64,000 nucleotides of DNA from Podarcis erhardii. Its lineage: Eukaryota. The position numbers and the translations under genes are program-made. The stretch lies in the NCBI GenBank assembly GCA_964252035.1, contig OZ176201.1; one strand, written 5' to 3'. The notes beneath the pieces were generated by a model that did no database searches, was not told the origin of the DNA, and saw only the letters and a list, made by a program, of their open reading frames with translations. Shown one piece after another: positions 10,941 to 22,534 of this stretch; the stretch's first letter is position 1, and each line of letters opens with the position of its first letter.

Positions 10941-13900
10941 GCTCATAGCTCTCCATTGCAGAAGACTGAGTTTGCTTGCAAACCGGATGCTTGGCTTCAG
11001 TGCTTAAACTATCAAAGGGGACGATCACAGCTATCATTGCAAATGTTTTATCCAATTTTAAAACACCTGAACTAGTACACTTCAGTGTGAGTCAGTGAAC
11101 GGTGCAAGACTGAGATTTTTGCCCAGGGAGCCAAACTTGTATATTTCCATATGTAATTTTGTACAGATTCTACCTACTTAGAGCCAGAAGAAACGTCTTC
11201 AGGTAACTTTTCTCCTTGTTTCAAACATAAACAAGTGTGAAAACAAATGTACCCCACAAATATATATAAAACCCCACTGTCATGCATTCACAGTTTGCCC
11301 TTTGATATTTGGATCCGTATTTGTTGTCTCGCCATTTATCTGATACTTAAAATATGCTGGCTGACACTGTATAGTGGATGATATTCAATAATTATGCAAA
11401 ACACTACAAAAGCCTTGAACAATTCCAGTTCTGAAAAGGAGAGCACCCAGTCCCAGAGCAAAAACAAGAGGAGTGGTATGACTTGATCTCGCTGTACAGC
11501 AGCCTGCCATTTTCCCAGTTAATGATCAACCCTACATCATCCAGATAAGCCCATTCAGTCATATGGAAACATATTGTGTAGCCTTTCAGGCACAACCAAC
11601 CAGAAAATGCTCTTTTAAACTAATGACTGTTCCTATCAAGTTGGGCTTGCCCCCAAAACAAGCACGGTCGAATGCTGATATCATTTAGCATTTCACAGAC
11701 AGAATTTAGATTTAAAAATCCAAAGCTCCTAAACTAAGAATCCTGGAAGGAGATAAAGCAGAAAACGAAACTTACATTGCTTTTATGGTTATTTAAAGAA
11801 CCACAAAGAATTGCTTTGAAGATGCTTTTATTGAAGTTATGTTTAATCCATTTTTAGCCCATTAAATTTTCATACCATTATTCTAACACCATCCTTAACT
11901 TTCTCCTTTAGCTACTTGAAGATTAGAAGGGAAGGGACAACAATCAGTGTGGCCTGTCTTGTGTAGAAATGCATTAATGGTGCTGGGATGCTAGTATCTA
12001 TAATTATTCTTGGAAGCTGTTGGGTGTATTGTTTTGGAAAAAGCACTGAAACCCTTCTCTCTTGATGGAATGCCAGCCTGGGCTGAGATGTGATCTTACT
12101 GGGTTCTTTTTAACTCGTGGAATTAGCCATAATAGCGGAATTGAATTCAGCATTGAAACCTACCACGTTCCGGGGTAGCGTGCTTGTGAATATCTCATGA
12201 TAGCAAAAGTACAAACAACTGGGTTGGTGGGTTGATGTCTTGCTCTGTTTGTGGGATTATTGGAAGCATGTTTGGCAAAGGATACTGGACTCTACTGAGT
12301 CTTCTAACCTTCATTTTTTATGAACTTAAGATTGAGTGACACCAATACTTGGAATTGCTGAGACAGAAAAAAAGAAACATGTGGTTTATTTAAGGAGCCA
12401 AAAACCCAGCACAGATGCATTCAAAAGCTAGGCAACTGGACCAGAGCCTCCCAGGAAATTCTGGGAGAATTCACAAAGTCAGGGGGAAGAATTCAACATA
12501 GTACCATGGCAATCATTCTACCAGTGCAAGCATTGCAGCTTGGCCAACAAGCATTTTCCCTCTCCTCCCCCACTCCCTGCATGGTTCTGGGTTCTCATCA
12601 CCCCCCCCCCCAAACCAATTGGGGGAAGGGAGGGGTGGCACATGGGGGAAGAGAGGGGAAAGCCTCAAAGCACTAGCAGAAACCCTTGTTCAGGGCTTCT
12701 GCTAGCAGGTCTCATTAGGTGAATCTGGTGCAGGATGTTTTGGTCTCACGTAGGGTAGACTAACATACCGGCAGACACACACTTCAGCATATAAACATAT
12801 GTAGCTGCCTTATATTGGTCCATCTTGCCCCACACTTTAATTGGCAGTAGCTCCCCATGGTCTCTGGCAGATGTAATTTCCAGCCCTGATAGCACCTTAG
12901 ACAGGAGACACTGGAGAATGAGTCTTGGTCCTCTTTGTGCATGCTTCCAGGGAGGGCTACCCATTTCATGGAGGAGCTGCTATTGTATCACACTGCACGC
13001 CAACTGTCCTTTTGTTTACAGTAGTCTTTTCTCCATCTGTGGCAAGGTCCTGGTGGGGAAGAGGGAAGACTTGTTGGTGCTCACAACACTTTTTAAAGGC
13101 TAACAGCCAAATTGAGGGGCAATAAATAGGGCTCGGCATCTAAATAATTTTAGTTCAGTTGGACTTAATACCACCCCCCAGCAAAAAAAGGATGCAAGGG
13201 GTCAGAGTTGTGTCACACCTGCTGACAAGCCTTCCCCTATCTAGTGCCTTCCAAATATTTTGGCTATAGTTCTCATCCTTGACCACTGGTGATGCTGCCT
13301 GGACCTGATGGGAGTTGTAGTCCAAAATATTTGGGAGGCACCAGATTGGGTAAGGTAGTTCTTGACCAACAGCCTCGTGGACACTATCCAATAAGTACCC
13401 ATAATACTCACACATCTCCCCATTGCCCTGCATTCACCATCATGGTAGTAGCACTGCCCTGTGTCTGATAAAAGGCAGTTAGCTCACCCAACTATTGCAG
13501 TTTCATCTGGGAAAGTGCAATATCCTTGTAGCAGTAACACAGGTGAGAGGAAATGAACCCAAATCTTGCATAATAGTTGTTCAGCTAAGTGTGCTAAAAA
13601 AACAGACTGAGGGAGTAAAGTGAATGAGAGAAGCCTTCCAACTCACTTGCTTTCTCATAGCTTTTACTGAAGTTGGGGGGGAAAGAGACAGAGTGGTTAT
13701 GAAAAGGTAGTTATGACACCAAGTTCCAGACATCTGTCTCCTTTAAGCTGTAGTGCTAACAAGTGTAGGAAGGGTGTGCAATGATGACTTTCATGGTGGT
13801 AGTGAATGCTTCCATTTCCTAGCATTGCACCTGCCAGATCACATACAAACTCTGAAGGTATAAGGTGCTCTCATGCTACAGCTCTTTAGGGTTTCCAAGT

Positions 13901-14158
13901 GTGTCTTTGTTTTACTAGATGTGCTTGGCTACAGTTTCGAAACCCAACAATGCCTAAGCCCTTACTTTAGGCTTACACCTGAGATCATTTTTAAATTATA
14001 GCGCACCATCAAAGAAGGAAAAAGTGTGTGTCTGCTATTTGTCTACATCCAGACCCCACTCTGTTTGGAAAACGGAGGAGTCACCCAGTCAAGAAATGTC
14101 TAGAACAGATATCATCAAAACTGCCCTTGGAGTAAAGTGCTGGATCTGCAAATATGTG

Positions 14159-14587
14159 TTATTGGAATTCTGTCTTTTCATCATAAAAGGAAGGAGGACA
14201 GATGTTTGACTTCACAACAACATTGCTGACATACCCTGCATGAAATATATTGTAATACTGTTGAGCTTGACTACACTCCGGTCCTTGGACAGGCTCCAGC
14301 CACAGTGGTGTCTCACACGAGGCTCCAGTCCACTGAGGATAGCAGTGACACTGAAATTGTTCCCATGCGAACATGTCTTGATCTGGAAAATCTGTCATTG
14401 AGGACTCCTCTTCCCACTTCTGCGGGTCCAGGTGGAGGAAGGCTTCCAGTTCGCTGGGGTCCTGTCTCATGCAACGTCCATGCCCGTGGCACAGCTCACG
14501 GCTGCACATGCGCGCTGCCGTGGTTACGTTGACGATGTATGGGCCCAGCGTCGTGGTGATGTAATTCTTGAGGCTCCTGCAGCTCTC
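14159..14587 (-). CDS. HYAL3: HYAL3 last coding exon (end of catalytic domain, EGF-like domain, 51-aa C-terminal tail)
   Basis: Acceptor ctttccatcttctag (14589-14588). Translates ESCRSLKNYITTTLGPYIVNVTTAAHMCSRELCHGHGRCMRQDP...LEAFLHL...CHCYPQWTGASC, matching the HYAL3 EGF-like cysteine pattern. Stop at 14161-14159. Confidence 0.93.
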   Translation of the reverse strand, partial: ESCRSLKNYITTTLGPYIVNVTTAARMCSRELCHGHGRCMRQDPSELEAFLHLDPQKWEEESSMTDFPDQDMFAWEQFQCHCYPQWTGASCETPLWLEPVQGPECSQAQQYYNIFHAGYVSNVVVKSNICPPSFYDEKTEFQ

Positions 14588-14876
14588 CTAGAAGATGGAA
14601 AGCTAGGATTACAGCTGAGAACATTCTAGGGATTGGACCCATCGGCACTGAGGATGGGAGCTTCTAGACATTTCGGTTTAGGCAGAACCAACCACATAGG
14701 CAGGTGAGCATGGTCATTAGTCAAGGTATCAAGAAAATTGGGAGAGGAGTGGGAGAAACAAGTTATCCTATCCCCACCAAAGCTGGAAAGTAAGGGAATA
14801 GCTGCTGGGCTACCGATGAGGTGGGCAAAGAGGGTATCTGTTTTCTCTCTCAGGCTGATTCTCAACTTAGGAAGTA

Positions 14877-15102
14877 CAGTGGTACCTCGGGTTAAGAACT
14901 TTATTCGTTCTGGAGGTCCATTCTTAACCTGAAACTGTTCTTAACCTGAAGCACCACTTTAGCTAATGGGGCCTCCTGCTGCCGCTGCGCCGCCGGAGCA
15001 CGATTTCTGCCCTCATCCTGAAGCAAAGTTCTTAACCTGAGGTACTATTTCTGGGTTAGCGGAGTCTGTAACCTGAAGCGTATGTAACCTGAGGTACCAC
15101 TG
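14877..15102. mobile_element. TA-flanked pogo/Tigger-like MITE, copy 1 (in the last HYAL3 intron)
   Basis: TIRs cagtggtacctc...gaggtaccactg, with TA on both sides (14875-76, 15103-04). Confidence 0.9.
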
Positions 15103-15380
15103 TATATCCTAGGAAGAGGGCCTTCTTGGCCATGGCATCCCACTGATCAAATGCTTTCCCCATGGATGCTGGCACCTGTTTTGGTGCCTGGTAAGTAGCT
15201 TTTTATTTCCTTTAAATAGTAAAAGTTTTAATATAATTGTTTAAATCTGCTGCATGATTGTTTCACGGTAAGGCTGTATTTGAATACATTATAGGTATTC
15301 TCAGGAAATGTAATTGCAAAGCATATAAAGGTGGTTCATGAATTAATAGATGGACAGGACATTGTTTCAGAGGTACTCAC

Positions 15381-15470
15381 CGGTGACTGGGAATAGGAGA
15401 GGTCACCCCAGAGCACAACCCCAGCAGCCCCAAGTGCTGCACTCTCTCCAATTGTATACACCAGGTCAGC
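15381..15470 (-). CDS. HYAL3: HYAL3 conserved 90-bp exon ([30 protein letters not shown])
   Basis: Acceptor ttctccattcag, donor CCG|gtgagt (15380). Phase 0-0. Size and sequence are typical of vertebrate hyaluronidases. Confidence 0.95.
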
Positions 15471-16292
15471 CTGAATGGAGAAAAGGAGAGAACTGTTAGC
15501 ACTGGGCAGCTTTCTACATGAGAAGTGCAACGTATCACTTTGGTGATATTAGCACATTGCATTAGGCAGGTTTTCTGGCTAGTTACAACGGATAGATTTT
15601 CACTGAATTTTTCTGGCCCAATTAAGTTCTCAGGTCAAACATGAGTTGTAGTTTCTGTAATGCTTCAAAAGTCTGACCAATTTGCTTAACCAGACAGCGC
15701 AGGAATGTGGATTGTGAACCCCTTTTTGTACATCATTTTATTCTATGTTTATGCAGCATTTTCCTCTAGCTATTGCTTACCCACACTTTCTCCTCCCTAA
15801 ATCCAGAAATTCCAGTTAATCAGCAGCTTCTAGCCCATTGGCCAAATTTGGTCCAGGATGGATAGACCCCCATTTGGCCCGCAAGGCTAATTCCCCCACA
15901 CCTGACGGAGCTGGATCACCTGTGTGACTGAGTACCTTACAGGGTTTGTGATCATACAGCCAATTCCTGTGGAAAGCAGGGTTGAAGTCATCACCCATCA
16001 GTGATGGGCAGTGAGCTCAGGCCTACCAGACTGTCTGTTACCAAGTTCCCCATGAGGAACATAGTTATGAGATGATTGACAAATGGGTTGCTCCACCAAC
16101 CTATCAAAGTTGGCGCACAGAATTGGGGAAAGATGAGGGTGTTGCCAGCTGGGCCAAAAGGATTCCCCATCCCTGACAACACCTTTCTATTAAAGCAGTT
16201 AATTAGTTGCTTCCTGTTCACTCATAGCTGGCTGCAGCATTAATGAAGTGCCTCAATTAATTAGTTACTGTGACTGCGTGCGTGCGCGCACA

Positions 16293-16334
<42 letters not shown>

Positions 16335-16337
16335 AAA

Positions 16338-16749
16338 GTGAGAGCTGGACCATAAAGAAGGCTGATCGCCGAAGAATTGATGCTTTTGAATGATGGTGCT
16401 GGAGGAGACTCTTGAGAGTCCCATGGACTGCAAGAAGATCAAACCTATCAATTCTTAAGGAAATCAGGCCTGAGTGCTCACTGGAAGGACAGATCGTGAA
16501 GCTGAGGCTCCAATACTTTGGCCACCTCATGAGAAGAGAAGACTCCCTGGAAAAGACCCTGATGTTGGGAAAGATGGAGGGCACAAGAAGGGGACGACAG
16601 AGGACAAGATGGTTGGATAGTGTTCTCAAAGCTACCAGCATGAATTTGACTAAACTGCGGGAAGCAGTGGAAGACAGAAGTGCCTGGCGTGCTCTGGTCC
16701 ATGGGGTCACGAAGAGTCGGACACGACTAAACGACTAAACAACAACAAC

Positions 16750-16754
<5 letters not shown>
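16338..16754 (+). mobile_element. 5'-truncated BovB (RTE) LINE, 3' end with RT C-terminal coding remnant
   Basis: ORF 16412..16738 (RVPWTARRSN...LKEI...YFGHLMRR..SLEKTLMLGK.EG.R.GRQR.RW) is the BovB ORF C-terminus. It ends in cggacacgactaaacgactaaac(aac)n and is flanked by (CA)n at ~16289-16326 and (TA)n at ~16755-16797. Confidence 0.93.
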
Positions 16755-16799
<45 letters not shown>

Positions 16800-16970
16800 G
16801 GTGCAACATTCCATCTGAAGCATTAAATTGACTGAATGGCCTTGGGCCAATAATTTTCTCTCAGCCTAACTAGCCTACCTCACAGGGTTGTTATGAGAAC
16901 AGTGTAATGAAATGTGACACTCCAGGCTCCTTGGAAGGACAGGATAAAAATATAATAAATAAATAATGTA

Positions 16971-17121
16971 CAGTGAGGGGGGAAAGTATTTCATCCCCTG
17001 CTAAATTTGGCCGTTTGCCCTCTGATGAAGAAATGACCAGTCCATAATTTTAATGGTAGGTTTATTGCAGCTGAGAGAGACAAAATAACAACAGGGGATC
17101 AAATACTTTCCCCCCTCACTG
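16971..17121. mobile_element. Internally deleted Tc1/mariner MITE (151 bp) with 30-bp TIRs
   Basis: cagtgaggggggaaagtattt(c/g)atcccctg at both ends in inverted orientation (29/30 identical), with flanking TA duplications. Confidence 0.92.
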
Positions 17122-17347
17122 TATGGTGGCAGCTAATATTCCCCACAGAAGGAAGTTTCCAGCTAGGTAAGAGATCTGCACCACAGTCCTGGCTGTGTTT
17201 ACTCAGAGGTAAGTCCTACTGAATTCAGTGGGGCTTACTCCCAGGTTAAGTGGGTTTAGGATTGCAGCCTTAACCTTTATTCATTTGCTACCATTGTTGA
17301 AAAGTGCCTGGGCCTATCATACGCAGTTGGCACCTCTCAATTCTTAC

Positions 17348-18268
17348 CTCAGTCAGGTACCGTGGAGAATGTCTGTAGGAGACTCTGGAATATGCGATCA
17401 CAGGGAGAGGCTGCTTCACGCCAAACTGTGCCACGCGAAATGCTTCTTTGAGGCGGTGGTGAACATAACTCTGGTGGTAAGATGTTGGGAGTTTTGGTGG
17501 GAGGTAGATACTGGGATAGAGGGCAGATGAAACCTTCCAGAGCCACATGAGATGATCATTCCACTGGACCTCTGTGGGGTTGCAATGACCGGTGTAGTTC
17601 TCTTCGTTTTCCCAGTTGTAATTGAAACAGTCAGGGAACCCATAGAAGCCCCAGAACCCCTGTGGCCTCAGAGACTTCCCCATTTCTAGAGTTCTCTCCA
17701 TGAAGGCCCGAGCTGCCTGTTCAAACTCTATCTCCGCAACATAGGATTGCTCCGTGAGGGGTTCATCAGGCCTTCTGTTCCTTGCCCATTTTTCAGAGGC
17801 CACCCTATACACGATCTTGGGGCCCCAGTTCCGCCTCCAGAGAGGCCGCCACTCCTCCCAGTCCACCACGGCCAGTCCCTGGAAATCAGGCTTCAGGCTT
17901 TCCAAAACATCTCTTGAGACTGTCTCCAGGTGCTTCTTCAGATCGACGTTCTGAGGTATCCCTCCATTGTGCCATTTGCCATCTGGAGAGATGTAGGGAT
18001 AGAGCCCAAACTTGTTCTTGTAAAAAATGGTTATGTTCTGGCCACGAAAAGCATTGTCCTTGTTCTCCACAATGCCATAGGCTTCCAGAGGCAGGGTGAT
18101 CCCAAATTGCTCTCGACACTTAACTGTGGGCAAGTTCCACACCACCACAAATGGCTCCTGCTGGAAAACAGAGCTGGCCGTCATTTGCTCCCAGCTATAC
18201 CCTCTCAGGCACTGGATGACCCCAAGGAGGAAGATGATGCGGACTGAAATGGTTCTGTCCAGGATCAT
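17348..18268 (-). CDS. HYAL3: HYAL3 first coding exon: signal peptide and most of the GH56 catalytic barrel (307 aa; full protein 479 aa)
   Basis: ORF 17288..18268 has GH56 motifs (VVWNLP, HNGGIPQ, DWEEWRP, WGFYGFPDC, LYPSIY). HYAL3-type features: GQNITIFYKN, HNGGIPQ, PPKLP..YHQ.YV.HRL.EAFRVA. Donor GAG|gtaaga at 17347. Upstream acceptor ctctccctgccag gives exon start 18331. Confidence 0.95.
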
Positions 18269-21200
18269 GGTGGGTGTAAGAAACCAATGTCTCTTCTGGG
18301 GCCCCTCCTGCTTTGTTTACAAATGTGCACCCTGGCAGGGAGAGGGGAAAGACAGAGTAAGATCTTCCCCCGAATTTCAATATCTGACACACAGGGCCAG
18401 GGTAGTGTAGCAGTTAGGCTCAGATTATGGCTAGGGACAGCCAGGTTCAAATCCGCTTACCAAGGTGACATGATGTGCCAAGGTAAGCAAGGCAGTTTTG
18501 AATCCATGCTCCCCATAAATCACTGGGTGGCTTTGGAAATCATTCTTCCCCTGCCCAGGGAGGTGGGGTAGGCGGGTCTGGCCCCCTCAGGTTGGATCCA
18601 GAACTGGCCCACCCTCCATAGGCCGCTCTGACAGGTGTACAAGAATGCTATTCAGCAATTACCTGGAACCATATTATGTGAAGTGATTAAAATTTAAACC
18701 TGCAGCTGCAAACTTAAGATTGCACTCTTCATTTTTCCTTCTGAATTGGGCACTGGGGCTGCACCTGCTATCATGTGACAGGTGACCATGGTTTGGGCCA
18801 AACCACCATACAAGAAGGCCTAACAAGGTCTCACGGATTTTACAGGGAAGAGGCAACCATGCCAGTCACCTGGAGCTCCTTCAGAAAATGCGGAACATAA
18901 ATATAATTAATTCAACTAGCCTCACAATATTTTAAATTGTATTTTAAACCTGGATATCTGGGCTTGACATGGATTCCAAATGTGATTGCTTACCTTGAAT
19001 ATCAAGGTATCTTGGGGTAAGTGTCTAAGTTTTAAGGGAGATAAATTCATGAGGTAAACCCAAGGAGAGGGAAAGGCTGAACACCAGGAAGCGGAGAGCT
19101 GGCTGTACTGGCTGATGTGTAAACTTACCTAAAGTCACCTTACTGGGAACAGAAGCTGTTTGGATTACACAGGCATCTATGCTGCCAGGTATTTTTCCAC
19201 AATGGAGAAGCCCAAAACACCAACTGGGCTGCTTCCACTTGTTGGTTCTGTTTTGTTTGCTCTGTGTCATCCCCCCTGGCTTCATTTCCCACTCTAACAC
19301 TGCACTACGGAGGATTAGAATAATACCTAAGAAACTGCATGCCAGGATCCTTCCCTAGTTGAACAACTGACTAGCTAGCTAGCCTCTGAACTAGAGACGA
19401 GCTAATTAATTAATAGGGCATATTGTCTGAGCCAGCCTGTCCAATGAATCAGGTGTGGCTTAGGATCAGAACCACATGGCCACTCTGAAGCTAACACGTC
19501 ATCATGCACAAACCCCCAGTCCACCCCCTCCCTGCAAAGGAACACCAGGGTTCAAACTCAAACTTTATTAGACAGGCCAATTCATTGACTGGTTTTGCAA
19601 TCATCTTGGGACTAGATAAGCCAAGCCATCATCTTGGGATCAGGTAAGCATTCTGCTTCCTGAGTCAGCATGGAAAACCCCAGCCATCATCTCTCTGCAT
19701 TGCAATATTTCCTTTTAGTGGAACAGGTGTGACAAAATGTCCTTTCTCTTAGCCTCTTTCCTGCTATGATGTGCACTCTGATCTTCATGTTACTGGTAAT
19801 GCATAGAAATCATAGCATTATTTTCCTTTCTCCATCTTTTCTTCTAACCACAGTTTGGTGTAAAGCTACTGCTAGATGTCTCAAGAGTTCTGAATTTACT
19901 AAGGATATTTGGCTTCACTTAAGTGTGTAAAGTGTTCCTTATTGCAGAAAAGATCTATGCAAATCTACTCACAAATTGAAGTGCCCAGTGCACAGAAGGG
20001 GTGAAACAAAAAAGGGTCTCTTGCGCCCTTGGCAAGAAGCTGTATTGATGCACTCCCCCTGAAAAACCCACTTTACCGCAATAGCCGCATTATTTGTCTA
20101 AAATCACCCCCTCTACTCCAGTATCTCAATTTTTTCTGAGGTGATTCTGTCATCCAGGCAATCTGTCTCTTGCGACCTTTAACCCACACAACTAACTCTC
20201 TTGGTCAGAGCAATCTGGGGAGATTTTTGCAGGGGCCAGTTTCACCATCCCATAGGTGCTCCCCTGAGCATACAAGCTAAGAATTATCGTATTAAGTGAG
20301 CTGTCAGAAATAGCCTCACATGCTCAGAGATGGGACTCGACAACCAGGAATTGGACATTGCTGTACAGCAAAATCACACTCCCAGGCTTGAAGAAGCCCC
20401 TTTGCATAATTAAAACATTAATATGTAAAATGGGAAGTGCTGGAGTCGAATCCTTACCCTTACAACTCTTAAATCACTAAGGTATAGATGCTGGTTTTGG
20501 TTACTCAGTACTGTAATGTGAGAACAAGACTCTCACATGCTTATTTCATGTTATTTCAAAGCTCAGCTCTGACGCTGAAAACAGACTTTTGGGCTTTGTG
20601 CAGTTCAAAAGAACTCATTTGTCATTTCCACCATTTCCTTCTCAGCAGGCATGCTGATTTGCATAATTCACCAGCTTTTATAACCTCGACTCAGGAGTGA
20701 TGTATTAATGAACCAGGTGTGTACAGCAATATGGATTAAAGAATATATGAAGGTACAGTAATGTTAGCCTAGGAGTAGAAGCAAGAGTCGCCATTCATGG
20801 GGAAGAAGATTTGAAGATTAGTATGTTACAACTGCAACAATTTGATCAAGGCTAGGGCGTGCATTATTCTGTTTTTTTAAAATTACATATTGCTGAATTT
20901 GGTGAATATAAAAGCACCAATCATAGCCCAGCCAACTTCCCACCAGAAAAATCTGTTTATCGAGGAATTTTGTATGGGAGAGTCGGATAGGAAAAGTAGA
21001 AACGAACCAAATTATACAGTCTCACCATTCTAACAATACCGAAACATTTTGATGTGCTAATCTACATGCAGGAAAACATCCTGCTTCCCTCTACTATGAA
21101 GTCTTAAGAGCAGACAGCTGGCAACAGGGATCACTTTACTGAATCCTCCCTCCCATTATTAGTAGGCTGAGTTTCCTGCACGCTGAAAAATGGAATAAAT

Positions 21201-21873
21201 TGCAACAATGAACTTACAAATAGCACAAGTAACATAAGAATAATATTTGTCACCTTCAGCTCCTTCAGGTGCAAGAGAGGGAAGTATACTGAATAAATAA
21301 TTGCGCTTACTCCACAAGCTGGCAGTCCGCTCTTCTCATTCCACAGGACATCTGAGCCAGAAGTGCTGATGTGACCAGCCCAGCTGCATTGTTAGTACCC
21401 AAATGGATGACATCATCACCTACTGCACCCCATTTCTATCTGGGGCGGCTATATCATGGCAGAACGAGTTACTCAGTAGAACTGAGCCAGACTCAAAACA
21501 ATTGCTACCTGTATGGTTGCCTCAGGGCAGCCACCTCATGGCAACATGGTTAGAAAGCTGATTCTGCTCTTATGGTAAAAGATCCCTAAGCAAGTGTCAT
21601 GGTTAACTAAATCATGTTTTGTTGACTTACGTTGCACCAGAAAGTTAAAAAAATTAAAATATAACAAAAATTCATTTTTTCTTGCCTGATTGTTCAGACA
21701 ACTTGGTAGGTTTAAATCTACAGGTTTTTGTAGAAGTAAACAAGAACTCAAAATGGTTTGCAGTTTGCCAAGTTCATTGTGGAAGGCAGCAAGTGTGGGA
21801 GGAAGAAGAACATGTAATAGCTGCTAATGTGTAGTTACACAGGCCAATTCACGTGCTTCAGAGTCTGATGACT

Positions 21874-22534
21874 TGGACTGACCTTTTTAAAATGCAGCTT
21901 GTTGTGTTGTGACTTTTTTTTAAAAAAAACCACACTTATTTAACTTGTTTTTCACCTGAAACCAATCGGTCCCAACAATAATAAAACAATAAACTGAAAT
22001 AATTCAGAAGCATAACACACACAACCCCCAAACCAATCCCTAAAAAGAAAACAATAATAACATTATTTACAACTGAAAAGCAACCCCAAACATATAAGCC
22101 TAATTATATTCCATCAAATATTTCTCATATTCTGGGATGTAGGCGATGGTTTTAACCTGGCACCAAAGATGTGAGTTAGTACCAGGAGGGTTTCAATGGA
22201 GAGAGCATTACATAGATAGGAGTGCCCTCTCCCTAATTGCCACCTTCTGAACCTGTCTTTAGGGGACACTCAGAGAAGAGCCTCAGATGATGCTCGCAGG
22301 GTCTGGGTATGTTAGTTTTTGGAGCAATCTCCTTATCAGTCTTCTGTGTATGGTGCTTAAAGCATGAGGCTTTCCCAGCTACATCAGTGATGTGTACTTT
22401 TGCACAAGATGGGTTCAAAAGAGCAAAGGTGTGAAGCCAAGAAAGACTCTGATCTGTAATCTGGACTGACCTTTTTAAAATGCAGCTTGTTGTGTTGTGA
22501 CTTTTAAAAAAACCGCACACTTATTTAACTTGTT
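21874..22534. repeat. ~75-bp direct repeat (21874-21949 and 22462-22534) flanking ~510 bp, followed by a 17-bp tandem duplication (22538-22571)
   Basis: tggactgacctttttaaaatgcagcttgttgtgttgtgactttt...cacacttatttaacttgtt is read twice; gctatatagtccatgtt x2 follows. Confidence 0.9.

Noticed and set aside
11404-11595. Cys/Trp-rich 63-aa minus-strand ORF downstream of HYAL3, considered as an alternative last exon
   Set aside because: The acceptors I checked are phase 1, whereas the cryptic HYAL3 donor at 14234 is phase 2. No homology recognised.
16261-16710. 149-aa minus-strand ORF (MTPWTRARQALLSS...)
   Set aside because: The well-known antisense frame of the BovB 3' end.
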